From assembly GCA_043800755.1 (NCBI GenBank), contig JAZDMQ010000009.1, forward strand, positions 1-23,189: a stretch of DNA of 23,189 bases, in the 5' to 3' direction. Shown piece by piece: positions 1 to 10,514 of this stretch. The translations under genes and the position numbers were made by a program. Under the pieces are notes generated by a model, which had not been told where the DNA came from, ran no database searches, and saw nothing but the letters and a program-made list of their open reading frames with translations. Numbering within the stretch: the stretch's first letter is position 1; the number at the start of each line of letters is the position of its first letter. This DNA comes from a bacterium. Its GTDB lineage: Bacteria > Methylomirabilota > Methylomirabilia > CAVQYV01.

Positions 1-513
1 CTCCTTTACAAACACCACTACAAGGCGGCCAACTACCGGCTGGACCAGGTGGCCCTGCGCTTCCTTGACTACCTGCAGCAGCAGGGCTACTCTGCCCTCC
101 CCATCCCTGCCTCCCAGATAGTCGATTGGGAGGGGCAAAAGGGACACCTCTCCCACAAATGGGTCGCCAGATGCGCTGGCCTGGGTTGGATCGGGCGCTC
201 CAGCCTCCTGGTCCACCCAGATCATGGAGCCCGGGTCCGCTATGTGACGATCTTGACCGACATGCCCTTGCCGCCTGATTCCGCGCTCTCCCTGGACTGT
301 GGGAATTGTAAAGCCTGCATCTCCCTGTGTCCAGCCGGGGCTATCAGCGAGGCCGGCTACGATCTATCCGCCTGCGTGGAGAAATTGAAGGACTTCTCCT
401 CTCGAAGGGGGATTGGGGTCCTCATCTGCGGGATGTGCGTCAAGGCCTGCCCCTATTCTCGGACGGGCGCAGGGTCAAGATCAGACGAGACCCAAGACAA
501 AACCCAACGCTAA
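1..513 (+). CDS. QueG/reductive-dehalogenase-like 2x[4Fe-4S] protein, 5'-truncated by the window edge
   Basis: Frame is open from base 1 (LLYKHHYKAANYRLDQVALRF...), so the track start at 49 is internal. Has SHKWVARCAGLGWIGRSSLLV, RVRYVTILTD, CGNCKACISLCP and C-x17-CGMCVKACP motifs typical of the QueG/RdhA-like family. Confidence 0.75.
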   Translation, partial: LLYKHHYKAANYRLDQVALRFLDYLQQQGYSALPIPASQIVDWEGQKGHLSHKWVARCAGLGWIGRSSLLVHPDHGARVRYVTILTDMPLPPDSALSLDCGNCKACISLCPAGAISEAGYDLSACVEKLKDFSSRRGIGVLICGMCVKACPYSRTGAGSRSDETQDKTQR

Positions 514-555
514 TGCCGGAAACGTGGCAATCGATGGAGCAGAGGGGGAGGTAGA

Positions 556-1278
556 ATGGACCTTCAAGGACAGGTGATCATGGTCACCGGGGCCAGCAGC
601 GGGATCGGCATGGCCTGCGCGAGATTGCTGATGCCGGGCAAGGCCCATTTGGTCCTGGTGGCCAGGAGGGGAGAGAAGCTGAGAGAATTGACCCAAGAGG
701 TGAAGGCTGCCGGGGGAGAGGCCCTGGCCCTAGCCGCGGATTTCGCCCGGGCAGAACAGATCGAGAAAGCATTTGGCCAGGTGGCCGACACCTTTGGCCG
801 GCTGGATGTCCTCATCAACAGCGCGGGCCTTGGGGTCTATGGCCTGGTGCGCGAGGGCAAGACTCAAGACTGGCGGCGGATGATCGATCTCAACCTCTTT
901 GGCCTCATCTGTGCTACCCAGCAGGCCCTGCACCTAATGCTCCCTCAGAAGCGAGGCCACATCATCAATGTCTCCTCGGTGGCAGGGCGCATCTCTATCC
1001 CTGGCTGGGCGGTTTATGTGGCAACCAAATGGGGGGTTAATGGATTCACTGATAGTCTGCGCCGGGAGGTGTGCAAGGAGAACATCCGGGTGACCCTCAT
1101 CGAGCCAGGCGCGGTCGATACCCCCTGGGGGGAGAACATTCCGGAGAGCTTCCAGGCACAGCGAACGGTCTTTTTGAACGCGGAGGATGTGGCGCGGGCG
1201 ATCATCTATGCGATCGAGCAGCCACTCCAGGTCTCGATCAACGAGGTCCTGATCCGCCCCACGCAACAGGAACGCTGA
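556..1278 (+). CDS. Short-chain dehydrogenase/reductase (SDR), probably NADP-dependent
   Basis: TGASSGIG Rossmann motif, VARR basic motif, NSAG, catalytic YVATK (YxxxK); GGAGG RBS just upstream of the ATG. Confidence 0.92.
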   Translation: MDLQGQVIMVTGASSGIGMACARLLMPGKAHLVLVARRGEKLRELTQEVKAAGGEALALAADFARAEQIEKAFGQVADTFGRLDVLINSAGLGVYGLVREGKTQDWRRMIDLNLFGLICATQQALHLMLPQKRGHIINVSSVAGRISIPGWAVYVATKWGVNGFTDSLRREVCKENIRVTLIEPGAVDTPWGENIPESFQAQRTVFLNAEDVARAIIYAIEQPLQVSINEVLIRPTQQER

Positions 1279-1315
1279 GGGGCGGACTCGATCGATCTCG
1301 ATTTGTTGTTTTGTC

Positions 1316-1735
1316 CTATCGCTGCTTGGAACTCACCTGGAGGCGAACCAGCGCCCGGCTGAGTGCCAGATCCGCCCGGGCCAGATCCGTTCCCGGCTCC
1401 CTCCTTTTCAGGCGCGCCAGGGCCCTCTCCTTGGCCGCCTGCGCCCTTTCCACATCGATCTCCTCTGGCCTTTCGGCCTCCTCCGTCAGGATGGTTACCC
1501 GATTTGGCAATACCTCGGCATAGCCCCAGATGATGGCCAAATGCCTCTCTTCCTTTCCCTTGCGGTAGGTGAGCTCGCCAATGGTTAGGTTGGAGACGAA
1601 GGGGATGTGTCCGGGCTGGACCCCAAAATAGCCTTCGGTCCCCGGGGCAACCACCTCGGAGACCTCCTCGCTCAGGAGGAGACGCTGGGGGGTGACGATC
1701 TCCAGAAGGAAGGTAGGAGGTAATTTCTCGTCCAT
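1316..1735 (-). CDS. atpC: F0F1 ATP synthase epsilon subunit
   Basis: LEIVTPQR, PGTEGYFGVQPGHIP, AERPEEIDVERAQAAKERA; directly downstream of atpD. Confidence 0.96.
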   Translation of the reverse strand: MDEKLPPTFLLEIVTPQRLLLSEEVSEVVAPGTEGYFGVQPGHIPFVSNLTIGELTYRKGKEERHLAIIWGYAEVLPNRVTILTEEAERPEEIDVERAQAAKERALARLKRREPGTDLARADLALSRALVRLQVSSKQR

Positions 1736-1750
1736 CTTCGATGGCAGGGT

Positions 1751-3220
<1,470 letters not shown>

Positions 3221-4084
3221 CTATTTCAGGGCCTCTGCCCCGGCAACCACTTCGAGGAGCTCCTTGGTGATCTTTTCTTGCCGCACCCGGTTGTAGGAGA
3301 GCACCAGGCGGTCGATCATCTCTGCTGCATTCATAGAAGCCATTTCCATGGCAGCCATGCGGGCGGCCTGCTCGGCGGCCGAGGATTCCAACAGGGCATG
3401 GAAGATCTGGACCTCGATATACTTGGGGAGGAGCCCTTGAAGGGTGGCCTGCGCCGAGGGTTCATAGAGATAATCGATAGGGATGGGGCAGGCCTCTGGC
3501 TGGGCAGGTTCGATGGGCAACAGCCTCCCCGGGGCCACTTGCTGGTGGCCAGCAGACTTGGACTCGTTATAGAGGAGCAGAACCTCCTCCAGCGCCAGCT
3601 CATCATAGAGGCGCAGCAGGTCTTGGCGGATCCGGGAGGCCTGGGAGTACGAGAGGTTGGCAAAAAGGTTGAGGTATTCCATTTGAGGGACTAGGCCTCG
3701 TGCCCGCAGGAAGTCCTTGGCCTTGCGGCCCACGATCATCCAATAGACCTCCTTGTGTGCTGTGGCCGAACGCTGTCCAAATTCCCAGGCCTGGCGCAGG
3801 ATGTTGTTGTTAAAGGAGCCACAGAGCCCTTTGTCCGAGGTGACCAGGAGCAGGAGGCGCCTTCCGGTCTCTCTTCGGAGCAGGAGGGGATGGGACCCGG
3901 GGTCGGTCCGGCAGACCAGGCGGCGCAGCACCTCCTCCATCTTGTGGGCGTAGGGGCGGGCGTGGATGATGCGTTCCTGGGCTCGACGCAGGCGGGCGGC
4001 GGCCACCATTTTCATCGCCTGGGTGATCTGCTCGATATTTCTCACCGCAGCGATCCGCGACTTGATGTCCCTCAGCGTGGCCAT
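3221..4084 (-). CDS. atpG: F0F1 ATP synthase gamma subunit
   Basis: ITQAMKMVAAARL, TSDKGLCGSFN, YNRVRQEKITKELLEVVAGAEAL. Confidence 0.98.
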   Translation of the reverse strand: MATLRDIKSRIAAVRNIEQITQAMKMVAAARLRRAQERIIHARPYAHKMEEVLRRLVCRTDPGSHPLLLRRETGRRLLLLVTSDKGLCGSFNNNILRQAWEFGQRSATAHKEVYWMIVGRKAKDFLRARGLVPQMEYLNLFANLSYSQASRIRQDLLRLYDELALEEVLLLYNESKSAGHQQVAPGRLLPIEPAQPEACPIPIDYLYEPSAQATLQGLLPKYIEVQIFHALLESSAAEQAARMAAMEMASMNAAEMIDRLVLSYNRVRQEKITKELLEVVAGAEALK

Positions 4085-4087
4085 GCC

Positions 4088-5629
4088 TTAATTGCTCGAC
4101 CTTTCATTGCGGTTACAGTTTCGTGCATTGAACAATTCAAGCCATTCTCTCAGGGCCTGGTCGATTCGAGGCCGAAGGGCAGCATCGATCTCCTTCTTTT
4201 CCCGCAGCTCCTCCTCGAGAGAGCGATAGTTGGCCTCCAGAAATCGATAGAATCCTTCCTCGAAGGACCTTACCTCGCTCAAAGGAAGATCGTCCAGGAA
4301 ACCATTGATGCCCGCATAAATGATGAATACCTGCTCTTCTACCGGCAGGGGCTTGAACTGATCCTGTTTCAAGATCTCCCCCATGCGCTCCCCTCTGGCC
4401 AGCTGCGCCCTGGTGGCCTTATCCAGCTCGCTCCCGAACTGCGCAAAGGCAGCCATCTCGCGGTATTGGGCGAGATCGAGACGCAGTCGGCCAGCGACCT
4501 GTTTCATCGCCTTGATCTGGGCGGATCCCCCGACCCGGGAGACCGAGAGGCCTGCATTGACCGCCGGGCGAATCCCTGCGAAGAAGAGGTCCACCTCCAG
4601 ATAGATCTGGCCATCCGTAATAGAGATGACATTGGTGGGGATGTAGGCAGAGACATCGCCCAATTGGGTCTCGATGATGGGCAGGGCCGTGAGCGACCCA
4701 CCTCCCAGCTCGTCACTGAGCTTGGCAGCCCTTTCCAACAGGCGAGAGTGGAGGTAGAAGACATCCCCCGGGTAGGCCTCCCGCCCGGGTGGACGCCTCA
4801 AGAGCAGGGAGAGCTGGCGGTAGCTGACCGCGTGCTTGGAAAGATCGTCATAAATGCAAAGCGCGTGCCTGCCCCGATCTCGAAAGTACTCGCCCATGGC
4901 ACATCCGGCGTAAGGGGCGAGGTACTGGAGGGCAGCAGGATCGCTGGCGCTGGCCACCACCACCATGCTGTAGGCCATGGCATTATGGTCCTCCAGGATC
5001 TTGACGATCTGGGCCACGGTCGAGTTCTTCTGCCCAATGGCCACATAGATACAATAAACCCCCGAACCCTTCTGGTTCAAGATGGTATCCACGGCCAGGG
5101 CGGTCTTGCCCGTCTGGCGATCCCCGATGATCAGCTCTCGCTGTCCGCGACCAATAGGGATCAGAGAATCGATGGCCTTGATGCCGGTCTGCAAAGGCTC
5201 CTTCACCGGCCTGCGATCCACGACCCCCGGAGCCAACCTCTCCAGGGGATTGAATTCAGTCGCGCGAATGGACCCCTTGCCGTCTATAGGTTGCCCCAGG
5301 GCGTTCACCACGCGGCCCAACAGCGGCTGGCCCACGGGGACCTCGGCGATGCGGCGCGTCCGCTTCGCGAGATCGCCCTCCTTGATGTGCGTATCATCGC
5401 CCAAGAGGATTGCACTGACGCTGTCCTCTTCCAGGTTGAGCACCAACCCGAGGGTGTTGCCCGGAAACTCCAAGAGCTCCCCGGCCATGACCCTATCCAG
5501 GCCATAGAGGCGGGCTACCCCATCGCCTACCTCGACCACCCTTCCGACTTCGCTGAAATCGAGTTCGGGCTCCAGGGCAGCCAACTGTCGCCTGATCAAC
5601 TCGCTGATCTCTTCAGCCTTTATTTTCAA
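4088..5629 (-). CDS. atpA: F0F1 ATP synthase alpha subunit
   Basis: [17 protein letters not shown] and [27 protein letters not shown] start overlapping the atpH stop (TTGA). Confidence 0.99.
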   Translation of the reverse strand: MKIKAEEISELIRRQLAALEPELDFSEVGRVVEVGDGVARLYGLDRVMAGELLEFPGNTLGLVLNLEEDSVSAILLGDDTHIKEGDLAKRTRRIAEVPVGQPLLGRVVNALGQPIDGKGSIRATEFNPLERLAPGVVDRRPVKEPLQTGIKAIDSLIPIGRGQRELIIGDRQTGKTALAVDTILNQKGSGVYCIYVAIGQKNSTVAQIVKILEDHNAMAYSMVVVASASDPAALQYLAPYAGCAMGEYFRDRGRHALCIYDDLSKHAVSYRQLSLLLRRPPGREAYPGDVFYLHSRLLERAAKLSDELGGGSLTALPIIETQLGDVSAYIPTNVISITDGQIYLEVDLFFAGIRPAVNAGLSVSRVGGSAQIKAMKQVAGRLRLDLAQYREMAAFAQFGSELDKATRAQLARGERMGEILKQDQFKPLPVEEQVFIIYAGINGFLDDLPLSEVRSFEEGFYRFLEANYRSLEEELREKKEIDAALRPRIDQALREWLELFNARNCNRNERSSN

Positions 5630-6180
5630 GCAGATCCCTCATTCCTCATTAATTTCCGTTTTATTCCCGCCAATTCCCCTGTGATGCTCGCATCCCACAA
5701 TTCACTGCTCCCAATTTCGGCCACCCACCCTCCCAAGAGGGAGGGGTCCTCTTCCTGTTTCAGGTCCACCGTTTTTCCTATCTTCTCTCCAAGGGCCTGA
5801 CGGACCGATTCCAATTCATCTTTCTGAAGAGGGGAGGGGACGGATAGGGTGACCCTGACCCTCTTCAGCCGTTCGTCCGCCAATTCCCCATATCGGTGGC
5901 AGATCTCGGGGAGGAGGGGAAAACGCTCCTTTCGAAGCAAGAAAAGCAGAAACCTACGCGCCAGGCCTTGGATCTCCAAGGCATCCAGGATGCGGCTTAC
6001 CAGCAAGAGCTGCCCTTCCTGGTCCTGGTCTGGACGCTGTAGGAAGGATCTCAACGCCAGATCCTCCTCGAAGATGCGGGAGACCTGCTCCAGTTGATTT
6101 CCTACCTCCTCGACCTCCCCCGCCTCCTCGGCCAGATCGAGCAGAGGGCGGGCATATCGGACGGACGGACTTCTGCTCAC
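5626..6180 (-). CDS. atpH: F0F1 ATP synthase delta subunit
   Basis: N-terminal RYARPLL, C-terminal EDPSLLGG...WDASI; lies between atpF and atpA; GTG start overlaps the atpF stop (GTGA). Confidence 0.93.
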   Translation of the reverse strand: MSRSPSVRYARPLLDLAEEAGEVEEVGNQLEQVSRIFEEDLALRSFLQRPDQDQEGQLLLVSRILDALEIQGLARRFLLFLLRKERFPLLPEICHRYGELADERLKRVRVTLSVPSPLQKDELESVRQALGEKIGKTVDLKQEEDPSLLGGWVAEIGSSELWDASITGELAGIKRKLMRNEGSA

Positions 6181-6662
6181 CCTTTCTCCTTCAATTGCTC
6201 CAAGGAATCCTGGATAAAGCGGGCCTGGTCTTCCTCCTTCAGGGATCGCTTGATCACTTTTTCGGCCAGGGTCGTGGTGAGGCCCACCACCTCTCTCCTC
6301 AGATCGCGCCGCGCCTCATCCATTGCCTCCTCGATCTCTTCCTTGGCCCGGTCGATTAACTGTTTGGCCTCCTCCTTGGCCTCTTTGATGGTCTGACGAC
6401 TGTGCTCCAGCGCCTCCCTTTCCGCCACATTCCTCATTGCCTCGATCTTTTTCTGGGCCTGGGAGAGGAGGTCGTTGTACTCGGAGAGCTTTCTTTCCGC
6501 CTCAGCCCGGGAGTCCTTCGCGTCATCCAGGGTCCTCTGGAGGGATGCGGACCTCTGGGCCAGAAATCGACTGATCGGCTTGAAGAGGAAGAGGTAGAGA
6601 AAGGCCATCAGGACCAGGAAATTCAAGATTTGGAAGAGCAGGGTGCGATTGAGTTCTACCAT
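6177..6662 (-). CDS. atpF: F0F1 ATP synthase subunit b
   Basis: N-terminal TM segment TLLFQILNFLVLMAFLYLFLFKPI followed by a charged coiled coil; GGAG RBS; position before atpH. Confidence 0.95.
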   Translation of the reverse strand: MVELNRTLLFQILNFLVLMAFLYLFLFKPISRFLAQRSASLQRTLDDAKDSRAEAERKLSEYNDLLSQAQKKIEAMRNVAEREALEHSRQTIKEAKEEAKQLIDRAKEEIEEAMDEARRDLRREVVGLTTTLAEKVIKRSLKEEDQARFIQDSLEQLKEKG

Positions 6663-6681
6663 GGTTTTGTCTCCAGGTGCC

Positions 6682-7107
6682 TCATCCCTCCTCCAGCTTC
6701 TCCCTCCGGAAGAGGAAGCCCAGGAGCAATCCTCCCTGGGCCACGAAAAGGCCGATCGCCAGCCCCCAGATGTTGATGGGGAGATAGAGGAGGCCCAAGG
6801 CGATGGCTGCGCCGCTGAACAGGAGGCGGAAGAGGAAGCCCTTCCAGAGCAGGGAGGGCCTGGGCCTTTCCTCCTGTTGCAGCCACCTGGAGGCAGAGTG
6901 ACTCAGCAGGCGGAAATTGAGAAGGCTCAGGCCGGACCCGAGCAGGAGGCCCAGCGACCAGTCCCATCTGCCCAGCAGGGCCGAGACCAGGAGACAGACG
7001 AGCGCCAGACCAATCGCCAAGCCCATGCCCCTCCGAAGGAAGGCAAGATGGCCATGTACCTCGGCATCTGGGTTGCTCAGCGTCGCCAGAGAGAAATGAT
7101 AGGCCAT
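6682..7107 (-). CDS. atpI: ATP synthase protein I (AtpI/UncI-like) four-TM membrane protein
   Basis: About 141 aa with four hydrophobic segments and SLGLLLGSGLSLLNF / FLFRLL motifs typical of UncI-like proteins; 19 nt upstream of atpF. ATG (7107-7105) overlaps the mnmA TGA by 1 nt; the track uses TTG at 7110. Confidence 0.7.
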   Translation of the reverse strand: MAYHFSLATLSNPDAEVHGHLAFLRRGMGLAIGLALVCLLVSALLGRWDWSLGLLLGSGLSLLNFRLLSHSASRWLQQEERPRPSLLWKGFLFRLLFSGAAIALGLLYLPINIWGLAIGLFVAQGGLLLGFLFRREKLEEG

Positions 7108-8204
7108 CAATGATAACCCCCTGGCCCAGAGGAGATGATGCCTCCGCCGACGACCAGATCGTTCAGATAGAAAACCACGGCTTGCCCGGGCGAGATTGCC
7201 TTCTGGGGCTCGGCAAACTCCACCTGCACCCGGCTATCAGATAGGGGGCGGATCCGAGCCCTGGCCCCCTGGTGCTGGTATCGGATCTTGGCCAGGACCT
7301 CCATCTCCCCCGAGAGTTGCTCGAAGGGGATGAAGTTGGACCCCTCCGCCACCAGCTTGGAGCGCCAGAGGTCCTCCTCCTCCCCGACGATCACCTCATT
7401 TCGCTCCGGATCGAGATCCACCACAAAGAGGGGGCGTCCCCGTGCAATGCCCAGACCCCTCCGTTGGCCAATGGTATAGAAGGCGATGCCGGGGTGTTCA
7501 CCTTGCACCACCCCCTCCCGATTTCGGATCTTTCCTGGTGTGATCTTTTCCGGAGCCCGCTGGCGGAGGAACTCCCGATAGTCCCCGCCCGGGATGAAAC
7601 AGAGATCCTGGCTCTCCGGCTTATTTGCGACCTTCAACCCCAGCTCCCTGGCCAGCCGTCGAGTCTCTTTCTTTCGCAGATCCCCCAGGGGCATCAGGAT
7701 ATGGGCCAATTGCTCCTGGCCCAAATTGAAGAGGAAATAGGACTGGTCCTTGGCGAGATCTGGAGACCGCCGCAGTAGAAAGCGCCCCAGCCCTCGATCG
7801 TAACTGACCCGGGCATAATGCCCGGAGGCCACATAATCCGCTCCCCATCCCCTGGCTCGCTGGAGCAGAGAACCGAACTTTATCTGCGCGTTGCAAAAGA
7901 TGCAAGGATTCGGGGTCTTGCCCTGGAGATATTCGCGGATGAAATAGGAGACGATCGCCTGGGAGAATTCGCCTTCAACATTGAGGATGTAAAAGGGAAC
8001 CTGAAGTTGGTGGGCGACTTGCCGTGCATCTTCAACCGCGACAGGGGAACAACGGGCGCCAGCCCTTTCCGCCTCCTGATCTGGCTGCTCAGATGGCCAA
8101 AGACGAAGGGTGATCCCTATGACTTCATATCCCCTCTGCTTCAATAGAGCGGCGGCAAGGGAACTGTCAACCCCCCCGCTCATGGCTACCGCTACCCTGA
8201 CCAT
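7107..8204 (-). CDS. mnmA: tRNA U34 2-thiouridylase MnmA
   Basis: AMSGGVDS PP-loop, TPNPCIFCN, ASGHYA, KDQSYFL, ESQDLCF, YTIGQRRGLG, SPGQAVVFY. Confidence 0.97.
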   Translation of the reverse strand: MVRVAVAMSGGVDSSLAAALLKQRGYEVIGITLRLWPSEQPDQEAERAGARCSPVAVEDARQVAHQLQVPFYILNVEGEFSQAIVSYFIREYLQGKTPNPCIFCNAQIKFGSLLQRARGWGADYVASGHYARVSYDRGLGRFLLRRSPDLAKDQSYFLFNLGQEQLAHILMPLGDLRKKETRRLARELGLKVANKPESQDLCFIPGGDYREFLRQRAPEKITPGKIRNREGVVQGEHPGIAFYTIGQRRGLGIARGRPLFVVDLDPERNEVIVGEEEDLWRSKLVAEGSNFIPFEQLSGEMEVLAKIRYQHQGARARIRPLSDSRVQVEFAEPQKAISPGQAVVFYLNDLVVGGGIISSGPGGYH

Positions 8205-8248
8205 CTTCAGATGCTTTCAACCTCCCTGGGCGAATCCACCGAGAGGCC

Positions 8249-8626
8249 TCAAGCCCTGGTCTTCATCTTATTGTGATAATCCTCAATTGCCTTATGAAGG
8301 GCATCGGCAGCCAGGTTCGAACAATGCATCTTGTTAGGGGGAAGGCCATCCAAGGCCTCGGCCACCGCCTTGTTGGAGAGGGCTAGGGCCTCCTCTAAGG
8401 TCTTGCCCTTGACCATCTCGGTCACCATGCTGCTGGTGGCAATCGCCGCTCCGCAGCCAAAGGTCTTGAACTTGACATCCGAGATCCTGCCGTCTTCCAC
8501 CTTGATAAAAAGCTTCATCACATCCCCACAGACAGGATTTCCCACCAATCCCACCCCGTCCGCATTTTCGATCTCTCCTACATTACGAGGATTGGTGAAA
8601 TGATCCATGACCTTTTCTGTATACAT
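8249..8626 (-). CDS. iscU: Fe-S cluster scaffold, IscU/NifU N-terminal type
   Basis: MYTEKVMDHFTNPRNVG, GNPVCGD, FGCGAAIA, KMHCSNLA: three conserved Cys. Confidence 0.95.
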   Translation of the reverse strand: MYTEKVMDHFTNPRNVGEIENADGVGLVGNPVCGDVMKLFIKVEDGRISDVKFKTFGCGAAIATSSMVTEMVKGKTLEEALALSNKAVAEALDGLPPNKMHCSNLAADALHKAIEDYHNKMKTRA

Positions 8627-8645
8627 TGGCCCTTCCTCTCCCTTT

Positions 8646-9806
8646 TCAGGTTTTGGCGAGAGGGGACATTGCCCTCATGCGCGCAACGACCTTGGGCAGA
8701 ACCTCCAGCACATAGTCGATCTGCTCCTTGGTGTTATTACGACCGAGGGAGAACCTCAAGGAGCCGTGGCAGACCTCGTGGGGAATTCCCATGGATAGGA
8801 GGACGTGGGAAGGCTCCAGCGAGTCGGAGGTGCAGGCGGATCCAGAGGAGACCCCAATACCCTCCATGTCCAGGCTGAGGATGAGCGATTCTCCCTCCAC
8901 GAACTCGAAACTCATGTTGAGGGTCCCTGGAAGTCGGTTTTCGGGATCGCCATGCAGCTGGACATGGGGGATCCTTTCCCTGATCCCGTTCTGGAGCTGA
9001 TCCCGAAGGGCGGCCAGGCGAGTTCCCTCCTTCTCCATGTCAGCGTGCAGCAGCTCCGCTGCCCTGGCGAATCCCACAGCCCCAGCCACATTCTCCGTGC
9101 CCGGCCTCCGTTTCCTCTCCTGGCTCCCTCCATGAAGGGTCGCCACCATCTTGGTCCCCTTCCGGATGTAGAGGGTCCCCACGCCCTTGGGACCGTAGAT
9201 CTTGTGGGCTGACAGGGAGAGGAGGTCGATCTGGTCCTCCTCTACCTGCAAGGGGATCTTGCAGAAAGACTGGATGGCATCGGTGTGAAAGTAGACCTTC
9301 CTCTCCCTGGCAATCTGGCCAAACTCCTTCAGAGGAAAGATAGTTCCGATTTCGTTATTGGCGTGCATCAGGGTGATGAGGATCGTGTCGGGACGGATGG
9401 CCTTTTTTAGATCCTCCGGATCGAGCCTGCCCTTCGCATCCACCGGGAGGAAACTGACCTCGAGGCCCTGCTTGGCCAGCCATTCGCAGGTGTGGAGGAC
9501 CGCATGATGTTCTACCGCAGAGGTGATGATGTGCTTCCCCTTCTCGTGGTTGGCCCAGACCACCCCCTTGATGGCCAGATTATCCGCCTCCGTGCCCCCC
9601 CCGGTGAAAATAATCGAGTCCTTCTCCGCGCCCAGAAGGGAAGCAATCTTTGCCCGGGAGTCTTCCAGGGCGGCCCTGGCCCTTCGTCCCCATTGGTGGA
9701 GGCTGTTGGCGTTGCCAAACTCCTCTTGCAGGTAAGGCATCATTGCCTCCAATACCCGAGGGTCGATCGGGGTGGTCGCATTATGGTCGAGATAAACCTT
9801 CATCAT
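8646..9806 (-). CDS. iscS: Cysteine desulfurase, group I (IscS/NifS)
   Basis: YLDHNATT, GGTEADN, EHHAV, PLP-lysine SAHKIYGPKG, catalytic SSGSACTS. Confidence 0.96.
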   Translation of the reverse strand: MMKVYLDHNATTPIDPRVLEAMMPYLQEEFGNANSLHQWGRRARAALEDSRAKIASLLGAEKDSIIFTGGGTEADNLAIKGVVWANHEKGKHIITSAVEHHAVLHTCEWLAKQGLEVSFLPVDAKGRLDPEDLKKAIRPDTILITLMHANNEIGTIFPLKEFGQIARERKVYFHTDAIQSFCKIPLQVEEDQIDLLSLSAHKIYGPKGVGTLYIRKGTKMVATLHGGSQERKRRPGTENVAGAVGFARAAELLHADMEKEGTRLAALRDQLQNGIRERIPHVQLHGDPENRLPGTLNMSFEFVEGESLILSLDMEGIGVSSGSACTSDSLEPSHVLLSMGIPHEVCHGSLRFSLGRNNTKEQIDYVLEVLPKVVARMRAMSPLAKT

Positions 9807-9833
9807 CCCCAGCTCCTTCCCTGGCGGGAAAGG

Positions 9834-10241
9834 CTATCCTTCATGGGCCTGGACCTGGAGGTGGGTTTCCGGTGCAGACTGCGCAGGTTTTGCAGGGATC
9901 ATCTCACAAGTCCCGTTGAATATCGCCCCCTCCATCAGGATCAGATTGGGGGTGCGGATGTGTCCAGTCACGCTCCCCCGGGGCAAGATCTCGATCCGCT
10001 GTTGGGCCGAGATGTTTCCCTCAATTCTTCCACTATTCACCACTTGCCCGACATCAATCTCGGCCTTGATGAAGGCAGTTTCCCCCACAATCAGGAGGTC
10101 CTTGCTGATGATCTCCCCCTCCAGCTTGCCATCGATGCGCACGGTTCCCTCGAAACTCAGGATCCCCTTGAATTCCGTTCCCTCTCCCAAGAATGCCTTG
10201 ATATCCCCGAAACTCGGTTCGCTTTTTTCCCTCTTGAGCAA
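9834..10241 (-). CDS. Bactofilin (polymer-forming cytoskeletal protein, CcmA family)
   Basis: FLGEGTEFKGILSFEGTVRIDGKLEGEI...GAIFNGTCEM beta-helix pattern; TTG start with GGGAG RBS. Confidence 0.9.
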   Translation of the reverse strand: MLKREKSEPSFGDIKAFLGEGTEFKGILSFEGTVRIDGKLEGEIISKDLLIVGETAFIKAEIDVGQVVNSGRIEGNISAQQRIEILPRGSVTGHIRTPNLILMEGAIFNGTCEMIPAKPAQSAPETHLQVQAHEG

Positions 10242-10269
10242 CTTGAGCTCCCTTGGTTGAACTGGAAGA

Positions 10270-10299
10270 TAAATAGCATAGGCAAATAAAGGGTGTCAA
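10270..10299 (-). promoter_or_regulatory. Putative sigma70 promoter for the bactofilin-isc-mnmA-atp run
   Basis: Minus strand reads TTGACA (10299-10294), 18 nt, TATTTA, with TG in the extended -10 position; about 30 nt upstream of the bactofilin start. Confidence 0.5.
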
Positions 10300-10486
10300 T
10301 TCCTTTTTGCCACCGGCCACTCCCGCAAATGAAGCTCAAAGAGGTGTTTCCCGTCCTCTTCCAAGGCATAGCAAATGAATTCTCCGGGGCGCGCCTCGGC
10401 GTTCAGCTTAGAATTGCATGTTCATCACTTCCAAGATCTGGCCTCAGGGCCAGCGGACAGGCCGAAGGGCCGATATTCATTTTCCC

Positions 10487-10514
10487 TTGACATCCCCCTC
10501 AGGAGATTGATAAT
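10487..10514 (+). promoter_or_regulatory. Putative sigma70 promoter for the SAF-oxidoreductase block
   Basis: TTGACA (10487-10492), 16 nt, GATAAT (10509-10514). Confidence 0.55.

Noticed and set aside
1..513. Calling this gene queG and linking it to hisS/aspS through queuosine tRNAs
   Set aside because: The N-terminus is outside the window, the motifs fit the wider QueG/RdhA-like family, and hisS/aspS are 18 kb away.
3221..4084. Chloroplast-type redox-regulatory Cys pair in the gamma subunit
   Set aside because: Three scattered Cys and no regulatory insertion; length (287 aa) is ordinary.
3755..5800. 681-aa ORF antisense to atpA/atpG/atpH, and similar long antisense ORFs (2198-3013, 10716-11828, 13206-14138)
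   Set aside because: Shadow frames of well-conserved GC-rich genes with no recognisable motifs; stop depletion follows from codon bias.
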